A stretch of 64,000 nucleotides of DNA, taken from Legionella sp. Lineage in GTDB: Bacteria > Pseudomonadota > Gammaproteobacteria > Legionellales > Legionellaceae. Where the stretch lies: the NCBI GenBank assembly GCA_030680075.1, contig JAUXWR010000246.1, positions 785 through 64,784 of the forward strand, read 5' to 3'. Shown here piece by piece: positions 29,602 to 38,664 of the stretch (positions are counted from its first letter, which is position 1; each line of letters begins with the position of its first letter). The translations under genes were made by a program, and so were the position numbers. The notes beneath the pieces are model-generated. The model worked only from the letters and a program-made list of their open reading frames with translations, made no database searches and had not been told where the DNA came from.

Positions 29602-29765
29602 AGGCGATTCCGAACGACTCACAATCCGCAATAGACATAGCCCGTGTAGAATTTCATTTCATAACCCTCCAATAGCGCAAATCCTAATCATTTTTACAGT
29701 AATCCTTTAAGTTTTTACACTCTTGACACAGTAAAAAAGAGACTTTTTTACTTTTCTTTGATACA

Positions 29766-30791
29766 ATGCGCTCAATATTTAAACATAAGGAGTTTCCTGT
29801 GAGCCTGCAAAAAAAACTACGCAAAATAACGGATAAGATAAATAACTGTAAAAACATCGAAAATCTGGACAAATGTGTAACCGACTTGTCCCTTCTGAAA
29901 AACGATATTGAGAAAATAAATAAAAAGAATAAGAGAGACTCGTACAATAATCAATATAAGGATATTGAGAGTAATATATCGAATAAAAGAAAAAAACTTA
30001 ATAATATCAGGGATGCGCGTCAACTACATATGATTGCTTTTATGAGAGAGTTTAATGCAATAGAAAGCGAGTTAAGTCAACTTAAACCTCTTAGGGATAG
30101 CAGCATAGAAAAAAAATTGAGCCCCGTACAACAAAACTATTTAAATGCAGTTAAGGACAAGATAGATGCCACATTAGTGAAAAATGTGAATTCAGCACTG
30201 TCGAATCTTAAGGGCTGCGCTGATAAATATCTCGCCAATGAGCTTGATTTAACTGGCTTTAAAACTAGTGCCTCTTCCTTAATCGTGCCCTTAAAGATAC
30301 AAATAACCAGGTTAGTTGTTAACCCAAGTGTTAAATTAAAAGCGTTGGAAATTACCATAAAAAATGCGCCCAAAGATCCTGTTCGTCAAGAAAAGTTAGC
30401 ACTCTTCAGGGCTCAAATCTCTGCCATGCGTATGAAGGCTGCCAAGCTTAAAAAAGAAGGCCATAATATAGCTTCGGAGGCTGCAACGCTTCTTTGTAAG
30501 GAACTCACTGACATCGCTTGCAAGTACGAAGAGAATAAAACGGATCTCTCTACCTTTAAAAGTTTCTCAAAAGAGAAAATCACCAAAGCGCATGAAGTGC
30601 TTGATGATCATCGTGGCGCAAAGCGCGTTCTGCACAATTTCGTGTTGATTCTGGCTACTTTCGGGATTGGTTACGTTATAGGAGCTCTTTATAAGCGTTC
30701 TTTCTTCGCTTTAAATCCTAAAACCGATTCTGCAATACAACTTAATGACATGGAAGAAAACATTAACCAAATGAAGGCTCTTAAGAGTTGA
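29766..30791 (+). CDS. Lys/Asn-rich coiled-coil protein with one C-terminal TM helix; candidate effector
   Basis: Heptad-rich sequence. Hydrophobic FVLILATFGIGYVIGALY near the C-terminus. Alternative start GTG 29799, 6 nt after aaggag at 29787-29792. Confidence 0.5.
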   Translation: MRSIFKHKEFPVSLQKKLRKITDKINNCKNIENLDKCVTDLSLLKNDIEKINKKNKRDSYNNQYKDIESNISNKRKKLNNIRDARQLHMIAFMREFNAIESELSQLKPLRDSSIEKKLSPVQQNYLNAVKDKIDATLVKNVNSALSNLKGCADKYLANELDLTGFKTSASSLIVPLKIQITRLVVNPSVKLKALEITIKNAPKDPVRQEKLALFRAQISAMRMKAAKLKKEGHNIASEAATLLCKELTDIACKYEENKTDLSTFKSFSKEKITKAHEVLDDHRGAKRVLHNFVLILATFGIGYVIGALYKRSFFALNPKTDSAIQLNDMEENINQMKALKS

Positions 30792-30861
30792 TTTGGTGTA
30801 GGGTTTTTGTAAATGCGAGGGGGTTAATCGCCTCCTCGCAGTTATAGCATCTTGAGAGAAG

Positions 30862-31239
30862 ATGCAATGGAAAGGTGGTTTGATAATGCAAGCAACATAT
30901 AACATAACTCCTCTTCTTATCACTAGACGACTCAAGCAATTAAAACGTCAGATAGCGGAATGTGAAATCAGAGAGTTGGACACGTTAACAACTGAATTTG
31001 TTGATCTGCAACATTTTATCGCAGAAAAAATTCCCCATGATTCAGGTTTACATCAAGCTCTCTTTGATGAGATTAATCTCCTCTTGTCTGAACGAAGAAA
31101 AGCCGTTGAATTACAACCGTCAGAAGTATCGAATAGTTCAAATTCTTTTCATTTTCCGTACCCATTCATACAGGCAGATGACGAATTTTTATATACCAGT
31201 AGTGATGAGGATGAAACCCGTCTTAATAATAGTTGGTAG
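30862..31239 (+). CDS. Small hypothetical protein with an acidic C-terminus (SSDEDE)
   Basis: ORF only; no motif; start uncertain (Met 1 or Met 9). Confidence 0.35.
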   Translation: MQWKGGLIMQATYNITPLLITRRLKQLKRQIAECEIRELDTLTTEFVDLQHFIAEKIPHDSGLHQALFDEINLLLSERRKAVELQPSEVSNSSNSFHFPYPFIQADDEFLYTSSDEDETRLNNSW

Positions 31240-31363
31240 GTTGGAGGCTTCTCAAGGGAGGCGCAACAAATCCATATGAGACCTTTTTCATTCATAAAAT
31301 AGCGCTAAACAGTAATAAGCGCTACAATTTGTGTTTTTTACCGCCAAGATTCTAATTTTCCCT

Positions 31364-33133
31364 ATGACAAAACAATTAATGAATAAAACAGGCCCACTTT
31401 ATTGGCGACTTTTAGCCTATGTTAAGCCTTTCTGGCCGGTACTGCTATTTGGTATTTTTGCCAATATTCTCTATTCCGTTATTGATGCGAGTTTTACTTA
31501 CATGATGCGCCCTTTTGTGGATAAGGGGTTTATTAATATCGACCTCGCGTTTGTAAAGCAAATTCCCTTGATTGTGTTAATCGGGATAACCGCGCGTGGA
31601 CTGGTAAGCTCGGTCGGCAGCTATTGCATGACCTGGGTGGCGCGCTCAGTGGTTAAGGTGCTGCGCCAACGTGTCTTTTCCCATATTATCAAATTGCCGG
31701 CTGACTATTATGATGAAGCTACGTCTGGCCAGTTGTTGTCGAAAATTCTTTATGATGTGGAGCAAGTCGCGCAAGTCAGTGCTGATGCGCTGACTGATTT
31801 CATCCAAAATACCTGTCTTGTTATTGGCTTACTCACCGTCATGATGGTGATTTGCTGGCAACTTTCTCTCATGTTTTTATTGACTATCCCCTTTGTCGGG
31901 ATCATTGTCAGTTTCACTAATAAACGTGTTCGCCGCATTAGCCATCGCGTCCAAAAAACAATGGGGCAGGTGACGGAAATTGCAGCCGAAGCTATCGAAG
32001 GTTATCGGGTGGTTCGTATTTTTGGCGGGGAAAATTACGAAACAGGGAAATTTAATCAAGCCACTGAGATGTCACGTCTTAATGACATGAAGGTCGCGGT
32101 GAGCAAAGCCATTAACGTCTCTGGCGTGCAATTTGTTATTGCCGTGGGCATCGCCATGATTATCTTTGTGGCCATAAAACTCGCAACGATTATTACTATC
32201 ACCGCAGGCTCTTTTATAGCCGTGATTGCCGCCATGTTGCAATTAATTAAACCGATTAAGACGTTAACAACTTTAAATGCAACCATCCAACGTGGATTAG
32301 CGGGGGCTGAGAGTGTATTTGAACTACTTGATAAACCAATTGAAAATGCCGAGGGTTTGTCTATGCCCGTTCGCGCCCGAGGCGAGATTCGATTTGAGCA
32401 AGTAGGTTTTAGCTACCGTCAGGGCTTACCGGTGTTACATGAGGTGAGTTTTACGATAAATGAAGGCGAAACGGTGGCGCTCGTTGGGCATTCGGGAAGT
32501 GGCAAGACGACCATTGCGAGTTTATTGCCCCGTTTTTATGAAATATGCTCAGGCCAAATTACGCTTGATGGTACATCGATTAACGACATCTCTTTAATAA
32601 GTTTACGTGAGCAAATGGCGTTGGTGAGCCAACAAGTCACGTTGTTTAATGACACGCTTGCTAACAATATTGCGTATGGTCGGTTTGATATCAGCAGGGA
32701 CGATATTATCAAAGCCGCCAAATTGGCCTTTGCGGATGAATTTATTGCCCGCCTGCCGAATGGCTATGATACGCGTGTGGGTGAAAATGGCGTATTGCTC
32801 TCGGGTGGTCAGCGGCAACGGCTTGCCATTGCTCGGGCTATTTTAAAGGATGCGCCCATTTTAATTCTTGACGAAGCGACCTCAGCGTTGGATAGTGAGT
32901 CAGAGCGTTATATTCAGTCAGCGTTAGATGGGGTGATGAAAAACCGAACAACATTGGTTATCGCTCATCGGCTATCAACGATTAAGCGTGCTCACAAAAT
33001 TATCGTGATGAACCAGGGGCGTATTGTTGAACAAGGGACTCATCAACAGTTACTTGCTTTAAATGCGAATTATGCTCAACTTTACCGCGCACAAAAACTG
33101 GGTGTTGAAACTGAAGAAGAAGTGGTGATTTAA
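31364..33133 (+). CDS. msbA: Lipid A export ATP-binding/permease protein
   Basis: Six-TM ABC exporter domain plus an NBD (GHSGSGKTT, LSGGQRQRLAIARA, ILILDEATSALD). Followed by lpxK with a 1-nt overlap. Confidence 0.85.
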   Translation: MTKQLMNKTGPLYWRLLAYVKPFWPVLLFGIFANILYSVIDASFTYMMRPFVDKGFINIDLAFVKQIPLIVLIGITARGLVSSVGSYCMTWVARSVVKVLRQRVFSHIIKLPADYYDEATSGQLLSKILYDVEQVAQVSADALTDFIQNTCLVIGLLTVMMVICWQLSLMFLLTIPFVGIIVSFTNKRVRRISHRVQKTMGQVTEIAAEAIEGYRVVRIFGGENYETGKFNQATEMSRLNDMKVAVSKAINVSGVQFVIAVGIAMIIFVAIKLATIITITAGSFIAVIAAMLQLIKPIKTLTTLNATIQRGLAGAESVFELLDKPIENAEGLSMPVRARGEIRFEQVGFSYRQGLPVLHEVSFTINEGETVALVGHSGSGKTTIASLLPRFYEICSGQITLDGTSINDISLISLREQMALVSQQVTLFNDTLANNIAYGRFDISRDDIIKAAKLAFADEFIARLPNGYDTRVGENGVLLSGGQRQRLAIARAILKDAPILILDEATSALDSESERYIQSALDGVMKNRTTLVIAHRLSTIKRAHKIIVMNQGRIVEQGTHQQLLALNANYAQLYRAQKLGVETEEEVVI

Positions 33134-34107
33134 TGCAGCGATCTTTGGAAAAATTGTGGTATAACCACCATCCATTACGATGGGGGTTGTGGCCCTTTTC
33201 CAAACTTTATCAGGGAATTGTGAGTCTGCGTCGTCGTTTTCTAATCCGTTTTTGCCAGCACCAATTTGCAGTACCCGTTATCGTTGTGGGTAATCTCACT
33301 GTCGGCGGTGTTGGTAAGACACCTTTGGTTATTGGTCTGGTTAAAGCCTTTCAGGAGAAGGGTTTGCGCGTGGGCGTCGTTAGTCGTGGTTATGGCGCCG
33401 CAATGAAACATTTCCCGCACGAGATAACAAAAGCCGATAATGCCCGCGAAGTCGGTGATGAGCCTCTGCTAATTTTTCAAAAAAGTGGCTGTCCTGTTGT
33501 TATTGCTCCAAAACGCGTTGATGCTGTGCGTTATTTGTTGGAAAAATTTCAAAGCCAAATTATCATTAGCGACGATGGCTTGCAGCATTATGCAATGGGG
33601 CGTGCTATTGAAATAGTGGTAATTGATGGCGCGCGCGGACTGGGAAATGGCATGTGCCTGCCCGCAGGCCCGCTTCGGGAGACAGCGCATCGTTTGAAAC
33701 GCGCGGACTTTGTAGTGGTTAATGGCGGGAAATGGCCGGATGCTTTTCAAATGACGTTAAAACCCGGGCAGTTGACTCAGGTTAAGAGTGGGAAATCTAT
33801 GGCGCTTAGCCAATTGCTGATGCCAGTTGCCGCGGTCGCGGGTATTGGGCATCCTGAGCGTTTTTTCACCACCCTTGCAACAGAGGGGGTGAGTTTTAAT
33901 GCCTATCCTTTTCCTGATCATCATTTATATGACGCTGCTGATTTTAAGTTTAAGGAAAAAAGTGTAGTAATGACGGAAAAGGATGCGGTGAAATGTCAGG
34001 CATTTGCTGCGGATAATTGGTATTTTTTGCCGGTGGAAGCCAAGTTGGATAAGGCTTTTTGGCAAGTATTGTGGTCGCATGAACAATTAAAAGGTTATTT
34101 TAAATGA
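33133..34107 (+). CDS. lpxK: Tetraacyldisaccharide 4'-kinase
   Basis: VGNLTVGGVGKTP P-loop, about 325 aa, msbA-lpxK synteny. Confidence 0.9.
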   Translation: MQRSLEKLWYNHHPLRWGLWPFSKLYQGIVSLRRRFLIRFCQHQFAVPVIVVGNLTVGGVGKTPLVIGLVKAFQEKGLRVGVVSRGYGAAMKHFPHEITKADNAREVGDEPLLIFQKSGCPVVIAPKRVDAVRYLLEKFQSQIIISDDGLQHYAMGRAIEIVVIDGARGLGNGMCLPAGPLRETAHRLKRADFVVVNGGKWPDAFQMTLKPGQLTQVKSGKSMALSQLLMPVAAVAGIGHPERFFTTLATEGVSFNAYPFPDHHLYDAADFKFKEKSVVMTEKDAVKCQAFAADNWYFLPVEAKLDKAFWQVLWSHEQLKGYFK

Positions 34108-35054
34108 AAGGCTTTCGATTTATTGCTATAGGGATTTTTTGGGTATTAATGACCACCATTTTTTCAGTATATGCAGACCCCGTAGTACCGGAGGATAATA
34201 GCGAGCCTGTATTGGTACAAAATATTTTATCCATCCACGCGACGCAGGCCAACTGGACATTTTCAGGGATTGTGACGAATGAAAATGGGGAGCGTTATGA
34301 TTATTTTTTTCAAATAGAACGAAATAATAACCGCTTTCATGGCCTTGCAACGGTAATTGATGCTCAAAGTAAAGCGGTATTGATTTATGAGGAAGGAAGT
34401 ACGTTAATTGCTCAACCTGAACTTACGCACTGGCAGGTGGGCAATATGTTTCTTCGTTTTAATCCCATAAATAACAGCTGGGTTTTTGGGGTGAAAAACA
34501 AGGGTAAGAAGAGTTTTAATTTTAAAGTGGATATGTTCGGCTTATCCGACGCTCAATTATCTAAACAACAGAATTTACGTCCTGGGATTGAGCTATTAAT
34601 TAGCCAGACAGGGCGGTTAAACGGGCATTTACAAATTGATGAAGCGGGTAAAGAGCAATTCGTTACCGCAAAGCGTTCCTGGTTTCGTCAGATATGGGTA
34701 AGCAAACCGCAGGTGTCCAGGCATCAGTTTACTTCAGTACTTTGCGAATTTAATGACGGCAGTGCTTTTTATTCAGTGACTATTCCTGAAGCTGATGCGT
34801 TACGAGGTTCTGTTGCTGGATGGCGTGATGAGGAAGGCATACCGCATAGTATGTCTCAATTTGTTACGGTTGGGGAAATCAAAGAGGGTGATTGGCAAAT
34901 AGATGTCTCTGCACCCAAAATGACCTTATCATGGCCTAATTTGCTGTATAAAATTAACGAAACCAAACAACTTTCTGCAGGTGTAATTACAGGTGTTAAG
35001 TCTGGTTTTTGCGCAGTAAGTAAAGATGAAATTGAAGAACAGCCTTTAGCCTAA
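34104..35054 (+). CDS. Exported protein of unknown function, translationally coupled to lpxK
   Basis: Signal-peptide-like N-terminus (FIAIGIFWVLMTTIFSVYADP). ATGA overlap with the lpxK stop. Mostly beta-type sequence, no catalytic motif recognised. Confidence 0.5.
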   Translation: MKGFRFIAIGIFWVLMTTIFSVYADPVVPEDNSEPVLVQNILSIHATQANWTFSGIVTNENGERYDYFFQIERNNNRFHGLATVIDAQSKAVLIYEEGSTLIAQPELTHWQVGNMFLRFNPINNSWVFGVKNKGKKSFNFKVDMFGLSDAQLSKQQNLRPGIELLISQTGRLNGHLQIDEAGKEQFVTAKRSWFRQIWVSKPQVSRHQFTSVLCEFNDGSAFYSVTIPEADALRGSVAGWRDEEGIPHSMSQFVTVGEIKEGDWQIDVSAPKMTLSWPNLLYKINETKQLSAGVITGVKSGFCAVSKDEIEEQPLA

Positions 35055-35072
35055 GGTCGTAGGATAGTTTAC

Positions 35073-35385
35073 AGCATTAGCACCCTGCAACACTCCCTAA
35101 CGGTCGCGGCTCTGAAGCCAACCGAGCCACGACCGTCAGGGAGTGTATCGTGAGCTTGAAAGTCGCGAAGGATTAAGAATTACGGTGATTTTACAATAGT
35201 TCGAAATAGCATTAGCATTGTTCAACACTCCCTAACGGTCGTGGCTCGGAAGCCAACCGAGCCACGACCGTCAGGGAGTGTATCGTGAGCCTGAAAGTCG
35301 TGAAGGGTGAGAATTACGGTGATTTTACAATAGTTCGAAATAGCATTAGCACCCTGCAACACTCCCTAACGGTCGTGGCTCGGTT
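35073..35385. repeat. Tandem array, about 2.3 copies of a 134-135-bp unit, each unit containing a REP-like family 1 hairpin
   Basis: agcattag unit starts at 35073, 35208 and 35342. Hairpin: aacactccctaacggtcg(c/t)ggctc ... gagccacgaccgtcagggagtgt. Confidence 0.85.
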
Positions 35386-35941
35386 TTGGATAATGAATAA
35401 TATTATGGAAAGAAGCTTTGACCGTAGTTTTATTCCGATACCCATGAGGTGTGTCAGCATTAAAGCGGAGCCCTTCGCCTGCATGTATTATTTGCCAAAC
35501 ATCATTTAATAACACTTCTATGGTGCCTTCAACGACAATCACATGTTCAATCACACCCGGTTCGTGTGCAATGGACAATTGCTCACCAGAAGGCAATAAT
35601 TCAATGATAAAAATTTCAGACAGCGTTTGTTCATCATAAGGAAATAATGCGGTAGCTTTCATTTTTTTATCGGCAGAATCAAGATGCGATGAATGTTTTG
35701 AGCGATTGAAAGATGCTTTCTCCTCTAAATCTGCTCCTTCCAAAAAAAAAGAAAAAGATCGTTGAAATCCACTCGCTATTTTCCACAATGTCGCAATAGT
35801 TGGGCTTGATTCGGCGCGTTCTATTTGCCCAAGCATTGCTTTACTCACGCCCGTTTCTTTAGCCGTTTTATCAAGACTCCAACCACGCTCTTGCCGTAAA
35901 GATTTTAAAACCAACGCCATGTGTTCCGAAATTGTTTGCAT
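35366..35941 (-). CDS. XRE-family HTH transcriptional regulator with a C-terminal cupin domain (PuuR-like architecture)
   Basis: N-terminal HTH (LRQERGWSLDKTAKETGVSKAMLGQIERAESSPTIATLWKIA). C-terminal cupin strands (HEPGVIEHVIVVEGTIEV ... GEGLRFNADTPHGYRN). Confidence 0.8.
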   Translation of the reverse strand: MQTISEHMALVLKSLRQERGWSLDKTAKETGVSKAMLGQIERAESSPTIATLWKIASGFQRSFSFFLEGADLEEKASFNRSKHSSHLDSADKKMKATALFPYDEQTLSEIFIIELLPSGEQLSIAHEPGVIEHVIVVEGTIEVLLNDVWQIIHAGEGLRFNADTPHGYRNKTTVKASFHNIIHYPKPSHDR

Positions 35942-35959
35942 CAGGAAGTCTCAACTGTT

Positions 35960-36011
35960 GTGCGTTATAGCGCACGGTGTTACAATAAGACCAATTATGC
36001 GTTATAACGCA
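35960..36011. promoter_or_regulatory. Two related palindromic candidate operator sites in the divergent regulator/ybaK-like intergenic region
   Basis: gtgcgttatagcgcac at 35960-35975 (near-palindrome) and tgcgttataacgca at 35998-36011 (perfect 14-bp palindrome). Confidence 0.5.
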
Positions 36012-36032
36012 CAAAATGAAAAGGAGTAATCA

Positions 36033-36512
36033 ATGGATATTGCATTAAGTAAAAGCGCTCAATCTATACAGGATTTTTTGTCCCAAAAAAATCTCACTAC
36101 AAAAGTAATTGAGCTGCCAGCCAGCACTCGCACGGCCGTGGAGGCAGCTGCAGCACTACAATGTGATGTAGCGCAGATTGTCAAATCTCTTCTTTTTCGT
36201 ACAAATGAAACCAATAAACCCATTTTGGTTCTTGTCAGTGGGGTAAATCGCGTCAACGAAAAGTCCATTGAAAACAAATTAGGACTAAAAATTATAAAAG
36301 CCGATGCAGATTTTACAAAAGATATAACAGGATTTGCTATTGGCGGGATTCCGCCTGTGGGACATAAGCAAATAATTGACACTTTTATTGACGAAGATTT
36401 GCTCCTGTTTGATGAATTATGGGCAGCTGCCGGAACACCCAATGCAGTATTTTGTCTAAATTCAAACGATCTCTGCATAATAACCGGTGGCAAGTTAATT
36501 TCTATTAAATAG
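36033..36512 (+). CDS. YbaK/EbsC-family aminoacyl-tRNA trans-editing deacylase
   Basis: 159 aa, matching YbaK length. IVKSLLF and GFAIGGIPPVGH contexts. Confidence 0.7.
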   Translation: MDIALSKSAQSIQDFLSQKNLTTKVIELPASTRTAVEAAAALQCDVAQIVKSLLFRTNETNKPILVLVSGVNRVNEKSIENKLGLKIIKADADFTKDITGFAIGGIPPVGHKQIIDTFIDEDLLLFDELWAAAGTPNAVFCLNSNDLCIITGGKLISIK

Positions 36513-36521
36513 AGAATTCAA

Positions 36522-37160
36522 ATGACTAAAAAAATATTTTGGCAAGATCCCTATCTCACTGAGTTAGACACAACGATAAAGAGTGTTAATGGCAATCAAA
36601 TTACCGTAAATGAAACCATTTTTTACGCTTTTTCAGGTGGTCAGGAAAGTGACAAGGGTACTATTGATGGCTATAGCGTATTAGACGCTAGAAAAGAGGG
36701 TAACGAGATTTTCTATACTCTTCCTGACAATCATGGTCTTACAAAAGGCAAGCTCGTCAAAATTATCATTGACTGGCAACGAAGGTATCAACTCATGCGT
36801 TTGCATTTCGCAGCAGAAGTTGTACTCGAATTGGTATGTCAGCAATTCCCTGACGTGATAAAAGTGGGTGCTCACATTGGCGAAGAAAAAGCGCGTATCG
36901 ACTTTGAATGGAGCCAAAATATAACGCCTTTTCTACCTGAGTTAGAAAGTCACGCACAAAAAATAATTGACTCGGATCAGCCAATTATCAGCGCCTTTAG
37001 CGATGAAAAAAATGAGAGACGATATTGGAAAATTAATGAATTCTCAAAAGTACCCTGCGGCGGTACGCATATTAAACGAACCGGTGAAATAGGAAATTTG
37101 CGTCTTAAAAGAGTTAATCCCGGTAAAGGGCGGGAACGTATAGAAATATATGTTTTCTAG
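36522..37160 (+). CDS. AlaX-type (Ala/Thr-tRNA synthetase second additional domain) trans-editing protein
   Basis: C-terminal PCGGTHIKRTGEIG zinc motif. The upstream motif reads LHFAAE rather than the usual HxxxH. Confidence 0.65.
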   Translation: MTKKIFWQDPYLTELDTTIKSVNGNQITVNETIFYAFSGGQESDKGTIDGYSVLDARKEGNEIFYTLPDNHGLTKGKLVKIIIDWQRRYQLMRLHFAAEVVLELVCQQFPDVIKVGAHIGEEKARIDFEWSQNITPFLPELESHAQKIIDSDQPIISAFSDEKNERRYWKINEFSKVPCGGTHIKRTGEIGNLRLKRVNPGKGRERIEIYVF

Positions 37161-38401
37161 GTTATCTCTTGCAGAGACTGATTTTTCTCAGGCAAAAGAA
37201 AAACCAGCCCACTCGCAATAACTAACCCCGCCGGAATAATAACTAATGCCAATTGATAATCACCGATTTGATAGACGTGATTTGGTTGAGACGCACTTAG
37301 ATCAAGCAAATACCCCACTAAGGGTTGCATCAAAGGTGCGCTCAGCATGGCCAGAGTATTGATAAACCCGGTACATGTTGATAACGCGTTTTTAGGTGCC
37401 AATTCATTGGAAATGGAATAAGCCAGCATATAAGCGCCGCAACAAAGCCCAATAAAAAACATAAGCACCGCCATTGTTATGGCGCTTTGAATGGGAAGAA
37501 AAAGCGCCACCATTATCAACAAGGCGGTAGTCAGGCAAGAAAAAAGCATTAAAAAACGGCGATGACTCAAACGACCTGCCAGGTACCCAAATAAAGGACA
37601 ACTTAAAGCCGCACCACAAAAAAGAAGCGAATCAATAATACTCGCGTCCTTAAGACTGCAACCAAGCTTCACCTGAATAAAAGGAATGGCCCACATCGCA
37701 CCAAATACGGTAATCACTGTAAAACTTAACCCCACAAACACGCCATTCACCCATAGCTTGCCGGAGGTGAGAATAATCAATAATTGCTTACGACGTGAAA
37801 TATCGGATACAGGCACCACATTGGGAGGAATAAATTTCCAACTAAGAGCCGCAATGATTAATCCTGCCAGTGCCGAGCTATTAATGAAAGCTCGCCAACC
37901 CCAATGATTAATCAGTAGACCAAGACTAATCATCCCCAACATGGTCACGAGAAAGCCCAGTGTTTCAGAGAGCCCAATCATAAAAGCAAATTGAGTTAAG
38001 GGAAAATGTTGCCTTAAAAGATGAGATAATCCAATAAACGCAAAGGCCGCCCCTCCGCCAATCAGCAGGCGACTTAAAATTAATAAAAACAAACTATGGC
38101 TTTGTGCGAAGAAGATACACCCGACACTGCAGATGAGAGCCGCCCCGGTCAATAAAAAACGCGTGCTTTTAATATCAAACAAGAGTCCAACAGGAATTTG
38201 CAAGCTCGTATATACATAATAAAAGGCACTGCTTAAAATGCCGGTTGCCAGTGCAGATAGCTGCATTTCGTCCATAATGGAACCAATAACAACACCAGAA
38301 GACAGTTGCAGAAAAAATTGAAATAAGACAAAAGATACCCCAACCAGCCAAATATGGATTTGAGGAGAAGTAATTGAAAAAGTCAGGCTTGTAGGTGTCA
38401 T
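37157..38401 (-). CDS. MFS transporter, about 12 TM helices
   Basis: 414 aa, hydrophobic throughout. MFS loop motif-like GYLAGRLSHRR. Confidence 0.75.
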   Translation of the reverse strand: MTPTSLTFSITSPQIHIWLVGVSFVLFQFFLQLSSGVVIGSIMDEMQLSALATGILSSAFYYVYTSLQIPVGLLFDIKSTRFLLTGAALICSVGCIFFAQSHSLFLLILSRLLIGGGAAFAFIGLSHLLRQHFPLTQFAFMIGLSETLGFLVTMLGMISLGLLINHWGWRAFINSSALAGLIIAALSWKFIPPNVVPVSDISRRKQLLIILTSGKLWVNGVFVGLSFTVITVFGAMWAIPFIQVKLGCSLKDASIIDSLLFCGAALSCPLFGYLAGRLSHRRFLMLFSCLTTALLIMVALFLPIQSAITMAVLMFFIGLCCGAYMLAYSISNELAPKNALSTCTGFINTLAMLSAPLMQPLVGYLLDLSASQPNHVYQIGDYQLALVIIPAGLVIASGLVFLLPEKNQSLQEIT

Positions 38402-38664
38402 TGAGCTGGATTTTGAGATAGTAAAATTGTCATATGGCTCGGTAATAAACGGTATTTAAAACAGCCATACACTATTAAAAATACGGATAAAAGTCAATCA
38501 ATCCTACTAATATAGCGGCAATTTTAAGGCATGATTTGATATAAGTTTTTTGATTGCAGGCCGTAAAGTTTATTAACAAATTAACTTTTGGCTTTAAATT
38601 AGAACTTTTTTTAAAAAAATGATATTTTTAGAGCAGTTATTGGTATTTATGAGAACCTCCTCGC

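Noticed and set aside
29723-29767. A sigma70-like promoter (ttgaca at 29723-29728; tgatacaat at 29759-29767) upstream of the coiled-coil ORF.
   Set aside because: The two elements are about 33 nt apart, so they cannot form one promoter, and neither has a convincing partner. They were used only as weak support for the alternative GTG 29799 start.
35073-35385. The tandem repeats might be a CRISPR array.
   Set aside because: The unit is about 134 bp with no alternation of short conserved repeats and unique spacers. The whole unit is repeated, and it belongs to a dispersed REP-like family. No cas genes are present in the window.
35285-35509. A 74-aa plus-strand ORF spanning the tandem repeat and the end of the XRE regulator gene.
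   Set aside because: It is encoded by repeat DNA and is antisense to a well-supported regulator CDS.
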